Assembly: GCF_009914755.1 (NCBI RefSeq)
Contig: NC_060937.1
Length of the DNA stretch: 64,000 bases
Source: the human T2T-CHM13v2.0 reference genome, Homo sapiens
Strand: one strand, 5' to 3'
Shown here: positions 28,512-45,343 of the stretch, piece by piece
Numbering within the stretch: position 1 is the first letter of the stretch
How the letters are laid out: every line of letters begins with the position of its first letter
The notes under the pieces: generated by a model
Seen by the model: only the letters and a program-made list of their open reading frames with translations
Told to the model about the DNA's origin: nothing
The model's database searches: none
Program-made: the position numbers and the translations under genes

Positions 28512-29330
28512 GCTTCAGTCTTTGAGGGTGTCTTATGATGAACAAAAGTTCTTATTTTAATGACTTATTTAAAGGCAATTTCTACCTTTATAGTTAATGC
28601 TTTTTGTCCCGTTTTAAAAAACCCTGGCATATCCCAAGGTCATAAAGATATTATCTTATGTAGCCTTGCAAAAGTCTTATGATTTTGTCTTTTTTTTTTT
28701 TTTTTTTTTTTTTTGAGATGGGAGTTTTGCTCTTGTTGCCCATGCTGGAGTACAATGGTACGATCTCGGCTCACTGCAACCTCCACCTCCTGGGTTCAAG
28801 TGATTTACCTGCTCAGCCTCCCGAGTAGCTGGGATTACAGGCATGCGCCACCACGCCCGGCTGTCATTCTTAATTTGACTTCAATTCATCAAAAATTGCT
28901 TTGGGGAATGGTATGAAGTAGGTTCCTACACAGATACCTACCTGGCTCAACACCAGTTATTGGAAGGACCGTTGTTTTGCTACAGCCTTGCAGAGGCATT
29001 CTTGTAACAAACCAAATGTCTGTATATGTGGGTCTATTTCTGGCCATTTTCTTCTGGCTTATTGTTTCATATTTTCATCCTTGCATCATCACTGTGCTGT
29101 ATTTCCTTGCTTTAAGGATTTCTGGCAATGGAGGTGCTTCCACATGGGTCTTCTTCATGATTATTTTGGCTAGTCTTCAAATTTCATATTCATTTTAGAA
29201 TAAGATTATAATTTCTACCCTCAAACCTTGCTGGGATGTTTATTAGTATTACAATGAATCTATGGATTAATTTGGGGACATTTCTGCAATGTTGACTGTT
29301 TCAGTATTATAAATAGAGGTATTGAATGAT
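28512..29330 (-). mobile_element. ancient L1M ORF2 relic
   Basis: atgaacaaaagttcttattttaatg, atgtgggtctatttctgg, ttaatttggggacatttctgcaatgttga. Confidence 0.75.
28690..28861 (-). mobile_element. Alu right monomer only (AluSp/Sq-like)
   Basis: poly-T, gagttttgctcttgttgccc...ggcatgcgccaccacgcccggc; stops at the linker. Confidence 0.93.
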
Positions 29331-29339
29331 TTCAGGTTT

Positions 29340-29615
29340 TCTGCCTCCCTCCTTCTATCTTCGACTCCTATTAGCAACAGAGAAATCTCAATGCTTGTAT
29401 TAATACAAAAGTCATATCTTGTCCTTCCCAATCCCCATCCTTTTTCCATGATGTTCTCCTGCTCCCTCTTGATTCCCACCTGTCTCCAGCAACCATGGTT
29501 TTCTTGCTGTTCCTCAAACATTTCAGGTGTGCTCCCATCCCAGGGCCTGCATGGACTGTTTTCTCTCACATGACGCCCTTTCTCCACACTTGCATAAGTT
29601 TCCCTCCTTCTCAAG
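29340..29615 (+). mobile_element. L2 fragment
   Basis: tcttgctgttcctcaaaca...ctcccatcccagggcctgcatggactgtt. Confidence 0.65.
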
Positions 29616-29659
29616 TTTTATTCAAGTTTTTAATTTCTCCAAGTTTTTATTCAAAAATA

Positions 29660-32151
29660 ACTCCTCTGACAAATTAGGAGGGAAAGGGGATTTCTTCAAT
29701 TTGAAAACAAATATCTGCTCAAAACCTTTAGTAAACATCATAGATAATGGTGCAATAGTAAATACTTTCCATTTGAGATTGATATGAGGCAAACATGTTT
29801 ACTAACATCATTTATTTCAGTATTTTATTAGAAATTCTAATATAAACAGTAAGGCAAGCAAAGATATTAAATGTATAAGGGTTGTCAACAAAGAAATAAA
29901 GGTTATTACTCACAAATCACAAAATTGTGCCTGTAGAAAACCCAAAAATTCTACAGATAAACTGAGAATTTAAAAGTGAGTTTCCCAGCATCACTTTAGA
30001 TATGTTGATAATATCAAATTATTTGTATTTCTATAATTCATCAGGAATAAGTTTTAATTGTAAAAAAGATACCATATATAATAACAAAAACTAATACAAA
30101 AATAAATTTAATGGCCACAAGATCTCTACACAGAAAATTATGAAACATTATTGAGATAAATTAAAGAATATCTAAATAGAGAAATATATCATTGTCTATT
30201 GGTCCAAATTTAATACACTTTAAAAGTGGAGAAGACAAGCAAACAAAAGTCAAAATCTACAAGAACAAAAGTAGGTTTAGCAAACATTAATAACAATGAT
30301 AAACCCCTAGCAAAATTAATCAAAGAAAAAACTAAGAGAGAAGACACAATTACCAGTATAGAAATGAAATAGAGGACTTCACCAGGGATCCCCTAGATAT
30401 TAAAGTGATAATAACAAAATATTATGAACTACTTTATGGCAATAAATTAGATAACTCAAACGAAACTGACAAGTTCCTTTAAAAGCAATTTACCAAATCC
30501 CATGAAATGGATACAAAAATAAATGGAAAGTCTGGATACCCCCATATCCGTTAAAGACATTGAAATTTTCCTTAAAGGATGGCATTAATGGTAAATTCGA
30601 AGGAACATTCAAGAAAGAAACAATGCCAGTCTTCCACAGACTCTGCTGATTATTAAAGAGGCAGGAACAACATTTTCTTATTTGTCTAGAAGACTACCAA
30701 AGACATTTTTAAAAGAGAGACAAATGTGTCTCATTAATACAGATGCAAAAATCCTTAGCAATATAAACAATCACATCCTGGAAAATATTTTTAAAAGTAT
30801 TTTGAATAAAAATAAAAATAGAATATTTAATAAATATTCCATACTATTTGGATGTATAATCAATTTAAAAGGTTTAATAACCAGCACATTAAATTTAATA
30901 AATTGAACTATATTTAAAGTAACCATTGAATATTAAAATCTATAATATGATGTCTAAAATATTTAATAATAAATATAATGAATAAAATATTTTTTAAACA
31001 CCTAGAATACAGTATTGAAAGTGAAGTTTATCTCAGGAAGCAAAATATGTTTAGTATTCAAGAACCAATCAACATAGTTCATTGAACAACTGATAAAGGA
31101 AATCATTATATTATTATCTCAAGTGGTATAGAAAAAAACATGAAAACATTCAATTCCCATTCATGATAGAAGAAAAAAAACTTCCAGAAAATCAATAATA
31201 GAATGAAAGATCCTCTGTCTCATAAAGTATGTCTACAGAAATCATACAGCCACAACTATATATAATGGTGAAATAGTTTACACTTTTACCCTAAAATCAG
31301 GAACTAGACAGGGTTTCATTCTCATCACTTCTATTCAAAATTGCCCTGGAGGTCCTTGCTAATGAAGTAAGAAATAGAATAAATAAATAGAAAAATGAAT
31401 TGTATTATTACATTATTTATCATTGTATAAATTCATTATGCAGTATATAAATGTATATATGTCATATATATGCAGTATACACACACACACTGTCTTTATT
31501 CAGAGATCACATGGTTGTATTGCTAGAAAATCCTGAGAGATCTGCAACAGAAATATTAAGACTAATAAGTGAATACAGCAAGATCACAGAAGACAAATTG
31601 TATCATATGAATATATCAATTGAATTTCTATAAACTATTCACATAAAAATATAAATGAAATTTAAAAACATGATGTATAATAGCATTAAAAATTTAGGGT
31701 TGTGAGGAAAAAAATCAATAAATTTAACAACTGCAAGATTTCTACACTGAAAACTACAAAACATTACTAAGAACCATTTAAGAAGACTGAAATAAATGGA
31801 AACATACTTGTGGGTTGAAAGACTCAATTTTGTCAAAATATCAATTCTCTTCAAATTAGTTGAACAATTCAATACAATCCCAATCAAAATTTAATAGGGC
31901 GTTTTGAATGATTAAAAAGCTGATTCTAAAATGTATATAAAAATGCAAGTGAGCTAGAAAAGTCAGAGCATTCTTGAGAAACAAGTATGAAATTGCAGCT
32001 TTTATGCTATCAGGTTGCAAGACTTGGTATAAAGCCACAGTTATCAAGGCAGAGTGATAACAGTCTACAGAAATGAACTGACATATTTATGGTCAGTTAA
32101 CTTTTCTAAAGGAAATTGACTGGGGGAAATAATTGTCTTTCAACAAATTAC
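29660..32151 (+). mobile_element. ancient L1M ORF2 relic segments
   Basis: residual ORF2 peptides (INTDAKILS; SLFRDHMVVLLENP...LRLISEYSKI) and DNA motifs of RT and downstream regions. Confidence 0.85.
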
Positions 32152-33049
32152 AGAGAGGAGCCAAGATGGCCAAATAGGAACAGCTGTGGTCTACAGCTCC
32201 CAGCGTGAGCAACGCAGAAGATGGGTGATTTCTGCATTTCCATCTGAGGTACCGGGTTCATCTCACTAGGGAGTGTCAGACAGTGGGCGCAGGTTAGTGG
32301 GTGCACGCACCGTGCACGAGCCGAAGCAGGGCGAGGCATTCCCTCACTCGGGAAGTGCAAGGGGTCAGGGAGTTCCCTTTCCTAGTCAAAGAAAGGGGTG
32401 ACAGACGGCACCTGGAAAACCGGGTCACTCCCACCCGAATACTGCGCTTTTCTGACGGACTTAAAACATGGCACACCAGGAGATTATATCCCGCACATGG
32501 CTCAGAGGGTCCTACGCCCAAGGAGTCTCACTGATTGCTAGCACAGCGGTCTGAGATCAAACTGCAAGGCGGCAGTGAGGCTGGGGGAGGGGCGCCCGCC
32601 ATTGGCCAGGCTTGCTTAGGTAAACAAAGCAGCTCGAACTGGATGGAGCCCACCACAGCTCAAGGAGGCCTGCCTGCCTCTGTAGGCTCCACCTCTGGGG
32701 GCAGGGCACAGACAAACAAAAAGACAGCAGTAACCTCTGCAGACTTAAATGTCCCTGTCTGACAGCTTTGAAGAGAGCAGTGGTTCTCCCAGCATGCAGC
32801 TGGAGATCTGAAAATGGGCAGACTGCTTCCTCAAGTGGGTCCCTGACCCCTGACCCCCGAGCAGCCTAACTGGGAGACACCCCCCAGCAGGGGCAGACTG
32901 ACACCTCACATGGCTGCGTGCTCCAACAGACCTGCAGCTGAGGGTCCTGTCTGTTAGAAGGAAAACTAACAAACAGAAAGGACATCCACACCAAAAACCC
33001 GTCTGTACATCACCATCATCAAAGACCAAAAGTAGATAAAACCACAAAG
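32152..33049 (+). promoter_or_regulatory. L1 5'UTR internal sense promoter and antisense promoter
   Basis: intact YY1 site caagatggcc at 32162-32171; CpG-rich relative to the window; ~900-bp 5'UTR. Confidence 0.85.
32528..32602 (-). pseudogene. L1 ORF0, truncated after 24 codons
   Basis: reads MAGAPPPASLPPCSLISDRCASNQ then TGA; the rest of ORF0 continues in ORF 32294-32521 (GVGPSEP...IRVGVTRFSRC). Confidence 0.8.
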
Positions 33050-34066
33050 ATGGGGAAAAAACAGAGCAGAAAAACTGGAAACTCTAAAAAGCAGAGCGCC
33101 TCTCCTCCTCCAAAGGAACGCAGTTCCTCACCAGCAACGGAACAAAGCTGGATGGAGAATGACTTTGACGAGCTGAGAGAAGAAGGCTTCAGATGATCAA
33201 ATTACTCCGAGCTACGGGAGGACATTCAAACCAAAGGCAAAGAATTTGAAAACTTTGAAAAAAATTTAGAAGAATGTATAACTAGAATAACCAATACAGA
33301 GAAGTGCTTAAAGGAGCTGATGGAGCTGAAAACCAAGGCTCGAGAACTACGTGAAGAATGCAGAAGCCTCAGGAGCTGATGCGATCAACTGGAAGAAAGG
33401 GTATCAGCGATGGAGGATGAAATGAATGAAATGAAGCGAGAAGGGAAGTTTAGAGAAAAAAGAATAAAAAGAAACGAGCAAAGCCTCCAAGAAATATGGG
33501 ACTATGTGAAAAGACCAAATCTATGTCTGATTGGTGTACCTGAAAGTGACGAGGAGAATGGAACCAAGTTAGAAAACACTCTGCAGGATATTATCCAGGA
33601 GAACTTCCCCAATCTAGCAAGGCAGGCCAACATTCAGATTCAGGAAATACAGAGAAGGCCACAAAGATACTCCTAGAGAAGAGCAACTCCAAGACACATA
33701 ATTGTCAGATTCACCAAAGTGGAAATGAAGGAAAAAATGTTAAGGGCAGCCAGAGAGAAAGGTCGGGTTACCCTCAAAGGGAAGCCCATCAGACTAACAG
33801 CGGATCTCTCAGCAGAAACTCTACAAGCCAGAAGAGAGTGGGGGCCAACATTCAACATTCTTAAAGAGAACAATTTTCAACCCAGAATTTCATATCCAGC
33901 CAAACTAAGCTTCATAAGCGAAGGAGAAATAAAATACTTTACAGACAAGCAAATGCTGAGAGATTTTGTCACCACCAGGCCTGCCCTAAAAGAGCTCCTG
34001 AAGGAAGTGCTAAACATGGAAAGGAACAACCGGTACCAGCCGCTGCAAAATCATGCCAAAATATAA
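33050..34066 (+). pseudogene. ORF1: L1 ORF1p (RNA-binding chaperone) with three nonsense codons
   Basis: 1017 nt in frame from ATG GGG AAA; in-frame stops at 33194, 33377 and 33674; motifs EIWDYVKRPN, AREKG, YPAKLS. Confidence 0.95.
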
Positions 34067-34114
34067 AGACCATCGAGACTAGGAAGAAACTGCATGAACT
34101 AACGAGCAAAATAA

Positions 34115-37956
<3,842 letters not shown>

Positions 37957-38195
37957 ACAATGAGAACACATGGACACAGGAAGGGGAACATCACACTCTG
38001 GGGCCTGTTGTGGGGTGGGGGGAGGGGGGAGGGATAGCATTGGGAGATATACCTAATGCTAGATGACGAGTTAGGGGGTGCAGCACACCAGCATGGCACA
38101 TGTATACATATGTAACTAACCTGCACATTGTGCACATGTACCCTAAAACTTAAAGTATAATAATAATAAATTAAAAAAAAACAAAAACAAATTAC

Positions 38196-38680
38196 TCTAT
38201 ACATAGAGAGCAATTCTAATTAAAACCCAAATGAAATTTGATAAACTGATTCTAAAGTTTACTTAGAAGAGAAGATGCAGGAAAATAATGAAGGAAATTT
38301 AGGTAGTTAAGAGCAAGTAGTAAGAATTTGTTTTATCAAATACTAAAAAACATTTTAAAGCATTATTGGTATAGTTTGATTTATGTAGACAGAGGAAATC
38401 AATGAAAAATATTAGAGATTTCTATAAAACTTTTATCAGAACCATAAAGAAAAGATGGCTTCAGGACAAGTAACTCTATTTGGGAAAAAAATAGTTTGAT
38501 CCCTAAGCCATACTATATATGCAAGTATATTCTATAGATATCTGAATGTAAATAAAATTGAAAAGAAACACATTCACAAAATATATCTAATAAGCTGTTG
38601 TAAATAAATAAGAAGATGTCCAAAAACTTACTATAAATAAATGAATATTATAAGTAGGCCGAAGAAATAGAAATAAACTA
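38196..38680 (+). mobile_element. ancient L1M ORF2 relic
   Basis: gcaattctaattaaaa...ttgataaactgattctaaagttta. Confidence 0.6.
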
Positions 38681-38739
38681 TAAACAAATGAAATAAGCTC
38701 ATTCTTCTCCCCGCCAAAAGTTTTCATGGCCCCTGGGTT

Positions 38740-39320
38740 TGGTCCTAAATGATGATTGGGGATTTCCAAGCTGGGCAAGATGGAATAGGGTGAGGTAAGC
38801 TATTCCAGGGTTGGTAGCCAGGATAAGCAAATGAAGCCAACAATAAAAGTGCATGGTGCTCCCAGGTGGGTACAATTAGCTATTGAGAGTTTATCCTTAG
38901 GCGATAGGGAAACATGAAATTTCTGATGAGGAAAGGGTTATTTAGATTTGTAATATTTGCAAAGTTACTCTGGCAGCAGTGGAATTTGAATTTGTGTATG
39001 AAGAGATGCAAATGTGGAGACTATTTGTGTGACTAGCGCACTAATGCAGGTGTGATAAAGTCCTGAATTATAGCAGCAGTCAGTATCATTGAGGCTGAGA
39101 AAGGAAGGTTGCAGTTGATGAAACTCAGTGACTGTAAGTGCTGAGCGCTGAAGGAAAGAGAGAGAGAAATTGAGGATTGCTCCCAGGTTTTTCTGTAAGA
39201 GTGCCAATTGCTGAAACAGACATTCCAGGAGAAGTAAGCTTGCTAGGTTGTGAGTGGTGATAATGAGTTTAGATTTGGCTGTACCTAGTAAGATGGGTAG
39301 AAACACAACTGATCGCTAAA
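38740..39320 (-). mobile_element. L2 LINE fragment
   Basis: aaagttactctggcagcagtgga, tgaggattgctcccaggtttt, gataatgagtttagattt. Confidence 0.7.
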
Positions 39321-40328
39321 CGTGAAGGCTTTTCACCTCTCATTTATGAAAGCAAAAAGTAGATGGTGATGAATTTGAAGTGAATCATCAATAACTTCAG
39401 TGATTTGGGGGGTAGTCCCATGACCATTATAGTGGATATGATACCTACTAAGTTAAAACCTTATGCAACTGCTAATATTGGGCCATTTTTGTTTTACAAG
39501 AAGTGACAGTTTCACAGGGTTGATCAAATAGTTTGCTGGCGTTGGGAAGAAACTTATGAGATATCTTCCTTAGATTTCACAAAGGAAATAAGGATTATTG
39601 TTAAGTGTTGAAAATAATGTTTTAAGAGAAATAAAATGTGATAAAATGTATCATCAAAAACATCTACCTTATATTAGTTGACTTACAGGTCTCACTCCCC
39701 ACTCTCTTGGGACAAGTTAGTGGTACCCGAGCTTGGACCCAGGAGGCGGCGGGGATTTATCAGGACTTGACATCCAAGAACTCTGCTGGGGGGAACTGGA
39801 TCCTATCACCCTTATTTCTCCTGAAACTCCATACCAATGTTCCATAGCAGTCACCATGCTGTGCAACAAGTCCTGGGAATTTAAAGAAAAAGAAGAACCT
39901 GATCTAATAACTCCTGAAAATATCATTTACCTTCATGTAATTTAAACTGAAGAATTCTTCTTTGTTAGCTAAAAGGAGGGGCAAAACATTTTGGGGCTTT
40001 TCAAATAGAAAGAAAAAATACATGAAGGAATATTATTTTTCCTGGTGACTGATGCCAGGAACATTTTGTTTTGATAAGCTCAATTCTGCCATCATTATAT
40101 TAAGACAAAATAGAGCTTTTGACTAAATTATACATTTCTCCTCTAAGCTGCTCCTGCTCTCTGAAACTGAGATACTTTCAGATCAAAATTCTGTCTTTCA
40201 GATTGATACCAACATTAGTATAAACTAAAGAAAAATGAAAATATATTCATGCAGCTGTTTCTGCATATCACCTTTAATCTTCCATGCACGTTAAAATATG
40301 TGCTTCTCAAAGAGGAAGAAAGAGAAAC

Positions 40329-40352
40329 AGAGAGAGAGAGAGAGAGAGAGAG
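40329..40352. repeat. (GA)n microsatellite
   Basis: seen directly. Confidence 0.9.
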
Positions 40353-42179
40353 ATCTATTTTTGCTTTATGTGAATATAAAAGTAATTTGTTGCCATGGTG
40401 ATATATTTTTTCCATCCTGTATTTTCCAAACACAGGCTTTGCTTCAGGTTTTGGGTACACAGTCTCTCTTGCTGTCCTCCATTTACAATGTCATGCTCCA
40501 CTGACCACTGCAGGTCAGGCACAAGCTAGTCTACAAGATCAAACGTCACATTTGACAGAAATTTTTATTTTTTGGTGCTTGTAACAGTATGAGCCTCTTG
40601 ACAGAGTCAGGGAGAGGGCATTTCAGATTCCTGAGGCCCTTCATTTGGCAACTGCTAAAGTTTAGTGTTCCAATTTCCCTGTCTTTCTTTGCAAAAGAAC
40701 CACTGCTTATGTTAACCCTATGCAATCCAACCTGGTCAATATTTACCTAGCGTTGCATTCAGCAGCTAGCCAGTCTACAGAGATTGTCTATAGACATACC
40801 CAACAGTCTATAGACTGTTTTGTCTACTGAAAAGTTGCTACTAAATTTTAGTAGCTAGCAAAATTTTAGTTGCTTTGTAAACAAACAAACAAAAATCAGA
40901 GGTTTACTTGTTTTCTACTTAAGGAAAGTATAGCAGAAGAAATAAATAACCAGAGCTTGGAGGGTCAATTCATAGGCCCCACGAAATTAAATAAATCAAC
41001 AGTTAAGGGAAATTGCCTTAAAGACAGATTAAGGAAGATGGGAAAAAAGAGGTGTGATCAGAGAACTATGTTAGTTCAGGATCTGGAGATGTACTGTCTA
41101 TATGGTGATGGTGGGAGGTAGGGAAGGCAGGGCAACAGGAATGGAGAAGAGAAGCAAGAAAGGTGGACAGGTAGCAGCAAACACAGGCCATTGTGCAATA
41201 GGTGAGCGATTTTAATTCTAATATTAGTTAAAACAACAAACCAACATTACTGGTCAAAGCCAAGGGTCACTTACAAGTTCATCTGTATAGTCTGTTCTTG
41301 GATAGGACAATAGGCATGAATTCACAAGAAAAGATTATTCATAAATAAGTTAAATATTTTGTGGACATTTACCTGTGACAGGTGCTATGTTAGCCTTGAT
41401 AAAGGTACATATAGAATCAACTGAATCAACTGAAAGAGGAGATAATATGTCAACGTGAAAACGTGGCTAATTACACAAAAGCCACATGAATTATACAGAG
41501 ATTACGCTTATTGCAGTTTCAAGGCAAAGAATCAGAGACCACAATTGCAGCTAGATTTTGAACAGGCTGAATTTAGAGAGATGCAAAGAAGAGGGAAAAG
41601 GAAGCCCTCTTCTCCTCTGAGTGCCCACCAGTGGATCATACACAAAAGAAAGTAGTTGAATGGAATAGAGAGTTGGACTGGACACCATGTCTTAGAGTCA
41701 AGGCTGAAATAAGCTTCTTACCTTCTACTCTGAATCCTACTGGGCCTGCAAAATGGACTGAAAACTTCTGTGTCCACTCAGCTGGAGGAAGGAGGACCTC
41801 AAAAAGTCTTACATATTCATTTAGGGGCAGGAAGTGAAGTGAGGTAGTTACCTCTCAATAACAGGCTCGTGTTTGACAGAGTACTGAGAGTGAAAAAGGA
41901 AACGTGCACCTGGTCTGGCTGTAGGCACCATCACCATGACCACCAAAAAAATGGTTCAATGGATGCCAAATTCTAGCAACATTCACCATTGCCCTTTCCT
42001 CTGTGAGGAATGTGGGCATCAGAGAGGCTGCGAGTTTTACTACTGATGCTCTCCTAGGTAGAGAGTAGGGATTTAGGGTATTACCCTCCAAGAGTGGAGA
42101 CAGGAAGAAAGGAAAAAGGGGAATAGCTGCTCTCTCTTCTCTCCCTACCCTCATTCCTGCCTAAAGCTAAGCTCTAAGG

Positions 42180-42350
42180 CAGGTTTTTTCCATATGCCAC
42201 CTAGGTGGATCTTCGTAGTAACTGAACGATAGAGGTGTAATTGGCTCCGCGTTGCAGGTAAAATGAGACTTGGGGCTGGGGTGAAGGAATTTGCCCAAAA
42301 TTAAATGACAAGAAAGTGAGGACACCCAATATTTTAATTCATACTCATAA
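42180..42350 (-). mobile_element. MIR SINE (degenerate)
   Basis: ttgcaggtaaaatgagact...gtgaaggaatttgcccaaa. Confidence 0.5.
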
Positions 42351-42669
42351 CTCCAAAATCCATACTTTATATACACGTACACACCAGGGAGGTCCAGCTG
42401 AAGGCAGGAAACCTGTAGGAGACAGTGAGAGCTAATCTGCAAAGGCTCAAAGCAAGACTGAGGAACTCAAACTTGTTTTTCAGGCACTCGGAAGCATCTG
42501 AAGCATTTGTTTTTGAGCACAGGAATGACTCAGTGCAGCACTTTAACTGATTTTGGGTAAAATTCATCCCAGAATGTATATAACATGGAATGAAAATAAG
42601 CCATGTTGCAATTAAAAGCTGTTAACAATAATTTCAAAATAGATTTGGAGGTTATGAATGATTCATCAT

Positions 42670-43170
42670 TGTATGGCTTGCTATTGCTCACAACAAAGTA
42701 TACTCAAATTCACTGGCTTAAACCCACCGTCATTTATGACTGTTTATATATCAGCAGGATGGCTGGGCTTGGCTGGGTGGTTTTACTTTAAGCCCAAGTT
42801 GCTGGGCAGCTCAGCTTCTCACTGCACATCTGTGGGCTGCATGGGAAAGCCATGCTTCATGTGCCTCTCATCTTCCTTGGATCAATGATTTAGAAGAGAA
42901 ATGTTCTTCTCATTGTGATGGGCATGGCCCCAGACAGCAAGCCGAAACCCACAGACTTTGGAAGGTCTGGGTTTGCATATGGCTCCCTCACTGTCTCTTC
43001 CACCTCAGTTTATTGAACAGCATAAATCACTTGGCTAAACTTAAAGTTAAACTTGAAGGATCAGGGAAATATTCTCCATCCTTTTCCTGAGAGGAACTGA
43101 AAAGTCACATGTCAAAGTGTGTGACCATAAGGAGGGGTGAAGAATGGGGCTAAAAATAAAATTGTCATCA
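42670..43170 (-). mobile_element. old MaLR LTR (MLT1H/I-like)
   Basis: gctattgctcacaacaaa...ctcaaattcactggcttaaa; ctgggcttggctgggtggtt; gaggaactgaaaagtcacatg...aggaggggtgaagaatgggg. Confidence 0.7.
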
Positions 43171-43820
43171 TCCTCATGAATTACCACTGTGTCAAATACT
43201 GAGTGGTTTTGAATTTATAGGTTCTATTTGAGAGGTTATTATTTTTAGTTAAGCCCAAAGATGATAATATAGTGAGAAGAGTAAAATTTAATTCCCTGCC
43301 TCTGGGGCCTTGATTTCCTCATATATAGAATGAAAGGTGTCAACTAGATAATCTCTATGGGCCCTTTGAACTCTATGATCCTAGGCTTCTAGACTCATAT
43401 TACTTTAAATGATAAATGCATAGACATGGTCAAGAGAAATTTCCGATTGAATGTATAGTCTATAACAACTTAATGGAGAAATACTTAGGGAAACTATATG
43501 AAAATTTAGAAGGATTCCAATTATAAGTTGAAATGTCAGTTTTGATTAGAAAAATTATACTCTTCACAGGGTAATCACAACTAAGACCTTGGAGCCACCT
43601 GTCCCTAAATACATATTTAATATCAACTTTATATGAAGGAAAATATGGATGGAATATCATTATTGTGAAGCCCAATAGTTCAAAAGTTCTCTTTTAGCAA
43701 ACATCCGAGAATTTTTGAGCATTTCTTGAAATAGCAGAACATTGAGAAAATACATTTGGGCAACCTCAACATGAAACTTTTTACAGCTCTGGAACCCCTC
43801 CTTCTTCCCATACTTCTCCA

Positions 43821-44140
43821 TATTATTGTTATTTTTATTATTGTTATTATAATTTTAGAGACACAGTCTCACTCTGTTGCCCAGTCTGGAGTGCAGTGTA
43901 GCTCGACCATAGCCCACTGCAGCCTCAAACTCCTGGGCTCAAATGATCCTCCCATCTCAGCCTCCTGAGTAGCTGGGACTACAGGCATGCACTACTACCC
44001 CTAGCTAATTATCTTATTATTTGTAGAGGTGGGATCTCACTATGTTGCCCAGGCTGGTCTCTAATTCCTGGGCTCAAGTGATCATCCTGCCTCGGCTTCC
44101 CGAAACATTGGGATTAAGGCATCGGCCACTGTGCCAGGCC
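43821..44140 (-). mobile_element. Alu (AluJo-like)
   Basis: antisense Alu with J features (cactgcagcctcaaactcctgggctcaa; tctcactatgttgcccaggctgg); degenerate (ATT)n tail. Confidence 0.93.
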
Positions 44141-45049
44141 CAAAACCTCTCCTTGACAACAAGGACTGCTACGCCTGGGGATTTTGTGACATGGGTGGGG
44201 ATAGGGGAGCGATGGGAAGGAAACCCAGTGCAGGGATTATGAAGGGAGCTGCTGCAGGCAGTGCACCATTGCTTCATCAGGCTATGCTGACAGAGTCATC
44301 GCACGAAATACTGTGTCTGTTAGCCGCCACCTCTTCTCGTTGCAGCTGTGCAGTTCCTTCCATGCCCTCCTCTTGTTTCCTTCCATCATCCCTTAATTTT
44401 TTTTTTACTTTGTAGGAAATGTGATCTCTCAGTTGGAGTTTTGGGAGTGGATATTTTGCCCACATATGACCTTCTTGCTTATGATCCATGTCCTTTAGTT
44501 TTCCAGGACTATCATGCGTTTTTAAGATTTAACTCAAACTGGTTTATGCCCATTATATATGTAAAGGGAACCCACCATCATTTCTGTTGACTCCGGGGAT
44601 TCACAGGGGTCCCAACCACTGCTGCATTCTTGCTGTCCCTTGAGCAGCTCTGCCTAGGACATGCTCTCCCCTTCCACACCATGTTGCCCTACTGGCCAGC
44701 CCCTGCCTCTTCCTTCTCTCTTCTGAAGTTACACACACAGTAGGCTGGGAGTTGGATAAATTTTACTAAAACGTTGGGAAGGTGGAGAGGCTGACTGTAC
44801 ATACCACACTGCAGATAATGTGACAGGAAATATTAGACAGCTCTGTCATGAACAGTCTTTCAGCCACATTCCCTAATGGGCCTTTCTCTAGACAGTCTCT
44901 CCACTTAAGTCCTTGCTGATCTTACAAAGCTCTCCTCTCCACTGCACCTTGGCTGCCTCTCAAAAAACAACAAAAGGCTCCCAGGCCTTGTAGAACAATT
45001 CACTGCAGACCTTACCCAAAATTCAATTCTAAGCTGACTTAGATATACC

Positions 45050-45343
45050 TGCACTATACAGGTGTATCAGTTTTATATTTTATACCATATGTGTACTGTA
45101 CCTTTTCTATGTTTAGATGCATCTATGCTTACCATTGTGTTACAGTTGCCTACAGTATTCAGTACAACATGCTGTGCAGGTGTGCAGCCTAGGAGCAATG
45201 GGCTATGCCATGCAGTCTAGATGCGTAGCGGGCTCTCCCCTCTAGGTCTGTATAAGTACACTCTATGATATTTACACAATGATGAAATCACCTAACAATG
45301 TATTTCTCAAAACATATTCTCGCCATTAAGTAATTTATGACTA
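45050..45343 (+). mobile_element. Tigger3b/MER7-type DNA transposon right end
   Basis: ttaccattgtgttacagttgcctacagtattcagtaca...gcctaggagcaat...aagtacactctatgat...aaatcacctaacaa; homologous to 12755-13048. Confidence 0.85.

Noticed and set aside
38012-38033. G-quadruplex-forming run
   Set aside because: Standard feature of the L1PA 3'UTR
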